Of a stretch of DNA of 64,000 nucleotides, positions 58,915-64,000 are shown in pieces; the first letter of the stretch is position 1, and each line of letters opens with the position of its first letter. A program made the translations under genes and the position numbers. Location: positions 1,018,515 to 1,082,514 of the forward strand of contig OZ316897.1 in assembly GCA_973895155.1 (NCBI GenBank). Reading direction: 5' to 3'. This DNA comes from Marsupella aquatica. Taxonomy: Eukaryota > Plantae > Marchantiophyta. Under the pieces are notes generated by a model that worked only from the letters and a program-made list of their open reading frames with translations, was not told where the DNA came from and did no database searches.

Positions 58915-60543
58915 CCTACAGCCCTGTCTGCAACTGCAGTTGCCCCGCTGCTTGTACCTCCGAGTCCAGGCTGCAAAAGAATCACTGTCATGTTATTGCA
59001 TTGAAAACAAGCCATACGGTAAAATGACCTTAAAGGAGGTCCCCAACAAACACACCATGATTCTTGGCACCAGACTACCAATCCATGTATGAGAATACTT
59101 ACAACAGATCGTGGAAGAGCGCCAGCGATTTGGGATTGCTGATACTTTAATATTATCCAGTCGAAAACATAATCAAACTGGAAACCTGCCAACTCCAAAA
59201 GGAAACGATCATACCTAGGCGCTCAAAAATCACATCATTGAAACGTAATCCATCACAGGTAGGAAATTTGAGATTCCACCAGTCGGAACCAAACTTTTTG
59301 GAAAAGGCAATGGATTCAACCAAACTGCAATGATACTAGTCAGAACTTAGGACATTCAGAAGGACGTCCATTTTGTCCACACAGTTGTCACAGTGGTAGT
59401 ACTAGAGCGCATGGTGCCCACAAAATGGCACGGCGACTGTACTCAATGAGCATCGTCTGGCGAAGCCCACTCCAAAAAAATGTAACTGCGACCGTGGATA
59501 GGACTGAACAAGAAATTTACATGTGACAATAGTTAATTTACTAAAGAACTCCAGAGAGAAATCTACTTAGACAAAAATGACAAGGCACAGTTGAAGGACA
59601 AGAACACTCCGAGAGGCTCACCTTCCTCTAAGAAAGTACAGGAGGACATACCACACACCGAATCCATGGTTAAGATGGTAGCCCGAGACATCAAGAAATA
59701 TACAACTGAACGCCTCTGTTTCAGATACAATCGAAGGAGAAAAGAAGACTCTAGAACAAAATGACCGTGAATACCCACCGATGCCGAGATGTGTGTTTAT
59801 GCTGGCGTATCTTGTGGTGCCAGTCAGGTTCTTGTTTTCCCTGCAATATAAGGCGTTTAGACAATGATATAATTCAATAACGACGAGAAACTTCAATTCG
59901 TTATTGACACGTTATGACTGGCAATCCTCTAGATGAACTCTGCAATGTGCGGTAATACCATGGACATACCATCTACAAGCAGTTCTGACCCCTACGAATC
60001 TGAACAGAACGAAGTCTAGAAAAGGAAACGGCAGGCCTCACCTGTAGGGAATGTGTTGGTGAGTTGATGGATCTTGATACTTCTTGGCAAGACCAAAGTC
60101 AATGATGTACAGCTTCAGGAAATTACAGGAGGAATGTATGTCATCACCGTTGTCTAGATCATCGAAGAAATTTACAATGAGCGATAGCATATAGTTGCTC
60201 ACGCAATGGGGATAACGGCCGAGGAATCCAGGAATACCTGATTTGCTCGCCTGCCCAGGCCCATAAGAAAATTGTCCGGCTTGATGTCTCGGTGAAGAAA
60301 GCTCTTTGAATGCACATACTCCACTCTGTTTGATCTACAATGGAGAACAAAATGATAAACATTCGATGCGATCCTTGAAACCATTGCCAATCCGAGGTCG
60401 CGGACATAACAACCTTTGAAGTTCTCCAACTAATTTCTTGAAACAGAATTGAAAAACTGGATTATAAAGAATGCCACTGTCACCTATGATACATACCAGC
60501 TGGTTCGCGAGCATGAGAACAGTCTTTAGAGAAAACTTCCGAT
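58915..60543 (-). pseudogene. CK1: Casein kinase 1 gene fragment with introns retained
   Basis: Exons RKFSLKTVLMLANQL (60543-60497), [31 protein letters not shown] (60334-60238, +1 frameshift), [31 protein letters not shown], a decayed ..YVLLYFLRG exon, and GFQFDYVFDWIILKYQQSQ. N-lobe exons and the SLPWQG..LFIRE exons were not seen. Confidence 0.88.
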
Positions 60544-61474
60544 CTACAGAAATTGAATAGATCTTAGAGAAACTGTTTCTAATTAGTTCCACTCACAATC
60601 AATGGGAAATAATTATCTACAAGCATCCGTACCAAGCAGCCTATAGGAGATAACTGTTGGCTGTCCACTTGTTTCTGGGATAACCTTCCAGCCAGCCATC
60701 GTCATCAGCTCTGCCTCCTTCACCGACACCTTGATCAGGTGTCTCCAGATGATAATCTACCTGTAACGGCAGACAAAGATGTTTTGAACATAAGAACCTG
60801 ATGTGCTCTTGCTGAGTTCTTCAACCGTACTTGCTGAGTTCTTCAAAAATGTCCTCGTAAAAGTCCTCCACATAGAGAGAGAGAAACCAGATGTACAAAC
60901 ATCGTGAAGAGCGGCTCAATGCAAAATACCTGAGGACAAAAAGCGTACCCCAAACAGACGAAGCGGAACAATGAACCTCCACCTCGAGATAATGGGAATG
61001 AGTGAATAATTTTGAAGGTCAAGCCTCCAAAAGAATCAGTCCTGTAAATATTTAACCCCGGGTCCCTAGCTTCTCTTCTATTCAAGTATTTAAAGATTGT
61101 TCCAGACTTTAAAAAAAGCAGCATGGACACGAGTTGCATCCTGTCTAGACAAACTACCACACAGCGAAGAGCTGCCTCCCGGGGTGCTCTACGTCCCATT
61201 GTGGAAATTGGGCCCCTGACCAACTGCCGGGACGGGAATCCATGCACTACTTCGCCACTTTGCGGTCGGTGTACAGAGCAGGAGTAAATTTGAAAACCCT
61301 AAAAAGTTGAAGAAGCTCGTTGGTCACTCAACAGGACAACTCATTCTTCGCATCAAACACTACCAGTAATTGGTCAAGTTTACAGCACCGTGAACTAACA
61401 AACCACCCAGAAGAGAAGAGTATTTCAAACAGGTCTGATGGCCAGTCTGCAACCTCCTCAAAAGTGACACTCAC

Positions 61475-61720
61475 CTCAAAATGCTCCTGGAGCTTGTGGG
61501 GGTCAGACTGCTGGATATTTCCGTCCTGATCAACTCTGCAATGAAATTCTGCGTCGGGGGACGGGTACATATTTGCCAGAAGCAACGTCTGACTCGCAGT
61601 GGGACGGTTGTGCAGTCGGGAGCATCTATCTCCACGCCGACACAGTCCAATCTTGAAGTAAAACGGGCAATTCACTCGATCCTTCTCCGTGCCAAAAATG
61701 GAGGCCAAATGCTCTGCCAT
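61475..61720 (-). pseudogene. U2AF35: U2AF small subunit (U2AF35) N-terminal fragment
   Basis: [52 protein letters not shown]...LQEHFE followed by a GTGAGT donor. The rest of the RRM and the second zinc finger were not found downstream. Confidence 0.85.
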
Positions 61721-63214
61721 GGTTGCAGCAGACTCACAACGCCGTCGAATCCCTTCGCCACGAAACTTTTCCTCCCCTTTCTGTTCCTCCTCCCTTTCCG
61801 AAATGAAATGACAAAGCCAAAACAAGACAAAAAACCCTCACTCTCCCTCCCACTCGATAAAACCCTCACTCTCCCGAGCTGGAAGGGAACTTTCCCGAAT
61901 GTCGACGGAGGTGCCACACCGTGAATCTGCCATCCTTGGCGAGCGCCCTGGTGCTTGCCTCCCGCTGACGGTGGTGCTCGCACTCCACAACCTCAGCTAT
62001 GTCCACTCTCTCCTTCAGTCCTTCGCATTCGCCTTCGCTTTGCTCTGAAGGAGGCGAAAAGCGTTTCGATGTCTATCTAGTTTGGTTACCCTAATGATCG
62101 AGGGACGGGGGACAATTAACCTTTCTAACAGTAAAACAAATATGAATTCATGGGGAGCAAGGAGAGATAGTGGCACGGGTTTTTTCATTTGGAATGATTC
62201 GGGTGTACTCTTGCCTTGATCAAAAAAATAAAGAATAAAGTGAAGAACTTAGTATAAATTCTTCATGTCTTAGTAATGGCTATGAAGAAAAATAAATTGC
62301 AAGGGTTTGAACCAATTTGAAAACATTCAAGATTGGGGACGTACAACATTATGTGTGAGGTAAAGTAACCAAGATGAGTATCCCCACTAAGAAACTCTGA
62401 TCACATTAGGGAGTAAGGGCCCCAAAGACAACCTTGCAGATGCTCACACGCATGGGGGTTTGCGTCTCACATGTGCCAAGCATAGGTCCACTGCTAAAAT
62501 TAATCAAATGTGGGTTCCTGGCTAAAATTAGTGGAGCATGTATCAAATGCTAAAATTAGTTGAGAGTTGGCCCAATGCTCAAATTTGAATTTCTAAGCTT
62601 GCATGCTCAAATGTATGGGGTTTATACTTAAAAAACAATTTTTAACTAGAGAGTTTTGATCTTATGAGTTCTAGTTTAGTTTAGAATGACAATTGAACTC
62701 ACTCTCTAGTTCAAATCTCAGGTGAGCTTTAAAGTTTGTATGGAGATCACATCCAAGCTTATGATAATATTCTTGGATTGAAAAGTTTTTGGCAAAACTT
62801 GATAAACAAGGGTGTTCTTTCCTTTCGTGGGAATTTTTGCCCAAATTCACTTTTGCTGTCAGTCTTTGGTCTGATTGGCTAGTGTCCTACCAAGTCTGAG
62901 GCCTACTAGCAGAATGTGATGGATCTCCTTCAAGCTAATTAAGTAGATCTTATGGTCAGAAACAAATATGGAGAATTGAACTTGGAAAAAATGGTAATTT
63001 GGGTTTCACAACTTTCCAACGGCACTGTAGAAGCAAGCATATATTGGCTTGTGTCAAGGAGGAGACCCTAGAAATCTACCCAAATATACTACCTTTTAAG
63101 CTATACCTTTTAAGCTATATTTAAAATGGGTGGAACCAAGAAGGGAGATCGTGGTACCGTATTTGATGAGGAGTAGTAGCTTTTTGATACTGAAGAAGCG
63201 TAGATGGAGAACAA

Positions 63215-63557
63215 TGTAAAATAGTCAGAAAAAACAGGGAAGAAAAGGGCCCTTTGCAATTAAGCAGGCTACGCACTTCTATAGTGTGCACTTAAAGAAG
63301 GGTGTAGGAAGTCTGCCCGTCCAAAACCAATGCCTGTCAAAAAGAACGCGAGGCAAAATCGCACAACAAAAGACAAGAAATTGTAAAATAGTCACGAAAC
63401 AAACAGGGGAAGAAAGGGGCGCTTTGCAATTAGCCAGGCTTCGCACTTCTATCATGTGCTCTGAAAGAGGGGCGAGTGTAGGATGTCTGCCACTCCAAAA
63501 CCAATGCACGAAAAAGAGAGCGCGAGGCAAAATCGCAAAAGGAAAGACAAGAAAGTG
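63215..63557. repeat. Diverged tandem duplication, 2 x ~170 bp, followed by (GAAG)n
   Basis: TGTAAAATAGTCA...CTTTGCAATTA..CAGGCT.CGCACTTCTAT...CCAAAACCAATGC...CGCGAGGCAAAATCGCA occurs twice. Confidence 0.85.
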
Positions 63558-63915
63558 AAGAAGAAGGAAGGAAGGAAGGAAGGAATGAAGGAAGAGCGAT
63601 CGCCACAGAATGATGAGGCCCACTGTAGACATAGAATACCTCGACTGTAGAGGGAGCGAGCTGCTGCTGCTGTAACGTAGTGATGTAGTGGAGCAATGGA
63701 GAATACCCTGTTCGCCATTCCACGACGGTGCCGCGCTCGTGGATTGCGGCTCTGCTTTCTTTGATTCTCATCATTCTGCGGATTGGCGGCGCTGCGGAAA
63801 TCGGAGCAGAAAGTAGGCAGCCCTGCCCAGCCCATTCAGCAGTGGAATGGGCGGATTAAACGGACGCTGTGTGCAGTTGAGATTCACATTTCATTGTATG
63901 TTTTGCGCTTCCTCG

Positions 63916-63949
63916 AGGAGAGGAGAGGAGAGGAGAGGAGAGGAGAGGA
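63916..63949. repeat. (GAGGA)n microsatellite
   Basis: Pentanucleotide run. Confidence 0.9.
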
Positions 63950-64000
63950 TGATTATGCTTGAAGGAAAGAATGTGGAGGGAAGGACCTCGGATAGGGCAA

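Overview
Eukaryotic, intron-rich land-plant genomic DNA. A bryophyte/liverwort origin is inferred from the PGG and alpha/beta-hydrolase sequence types, not proven. Left to right: (1) a 20-exon ABCC/MRP transporter (38-10419, +), intact except for one +2 frameshift; (2) a 6-exon polyprenol reductase (16503-19988, +); (3) a ~19 kb nest of transposons in which an L1 LINE is split by a 283-bp MITE and by element B, B is split by a chromodomain Ty3/Gypsy element, and the Gypsy RT is split by element A. A and B are related ~3.2-3.6 kb TG..CA elements with 5-bp TSDs, no RT/integrase and no internal LTR pair, and each encodes a homologue of the same unknown protein. The LINE also carries in-frame 8+4+8 excision-like footprints that match the MITE ends; (4) a minus-strand gene in which an ankyrin-repeat/PGG membrane protein (ACD6-like) appears spliced through five frame-preserving duplicated mini-exons to a C-terminal alpha/beta-hydrolase of the type found on bryophyte HNL immune receptors (~1366 aa, the top candidate for an undescribed system); (5) a probable minus-strand Helitron 3' end followed by a 20-bp repeat array, an intact 9-exon orphan gene with a triplicated exon, and fragments of casein kinase 1 and U2AF35. 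All gene models were read by eye from GT-AG sites and frames; no database searches were run.
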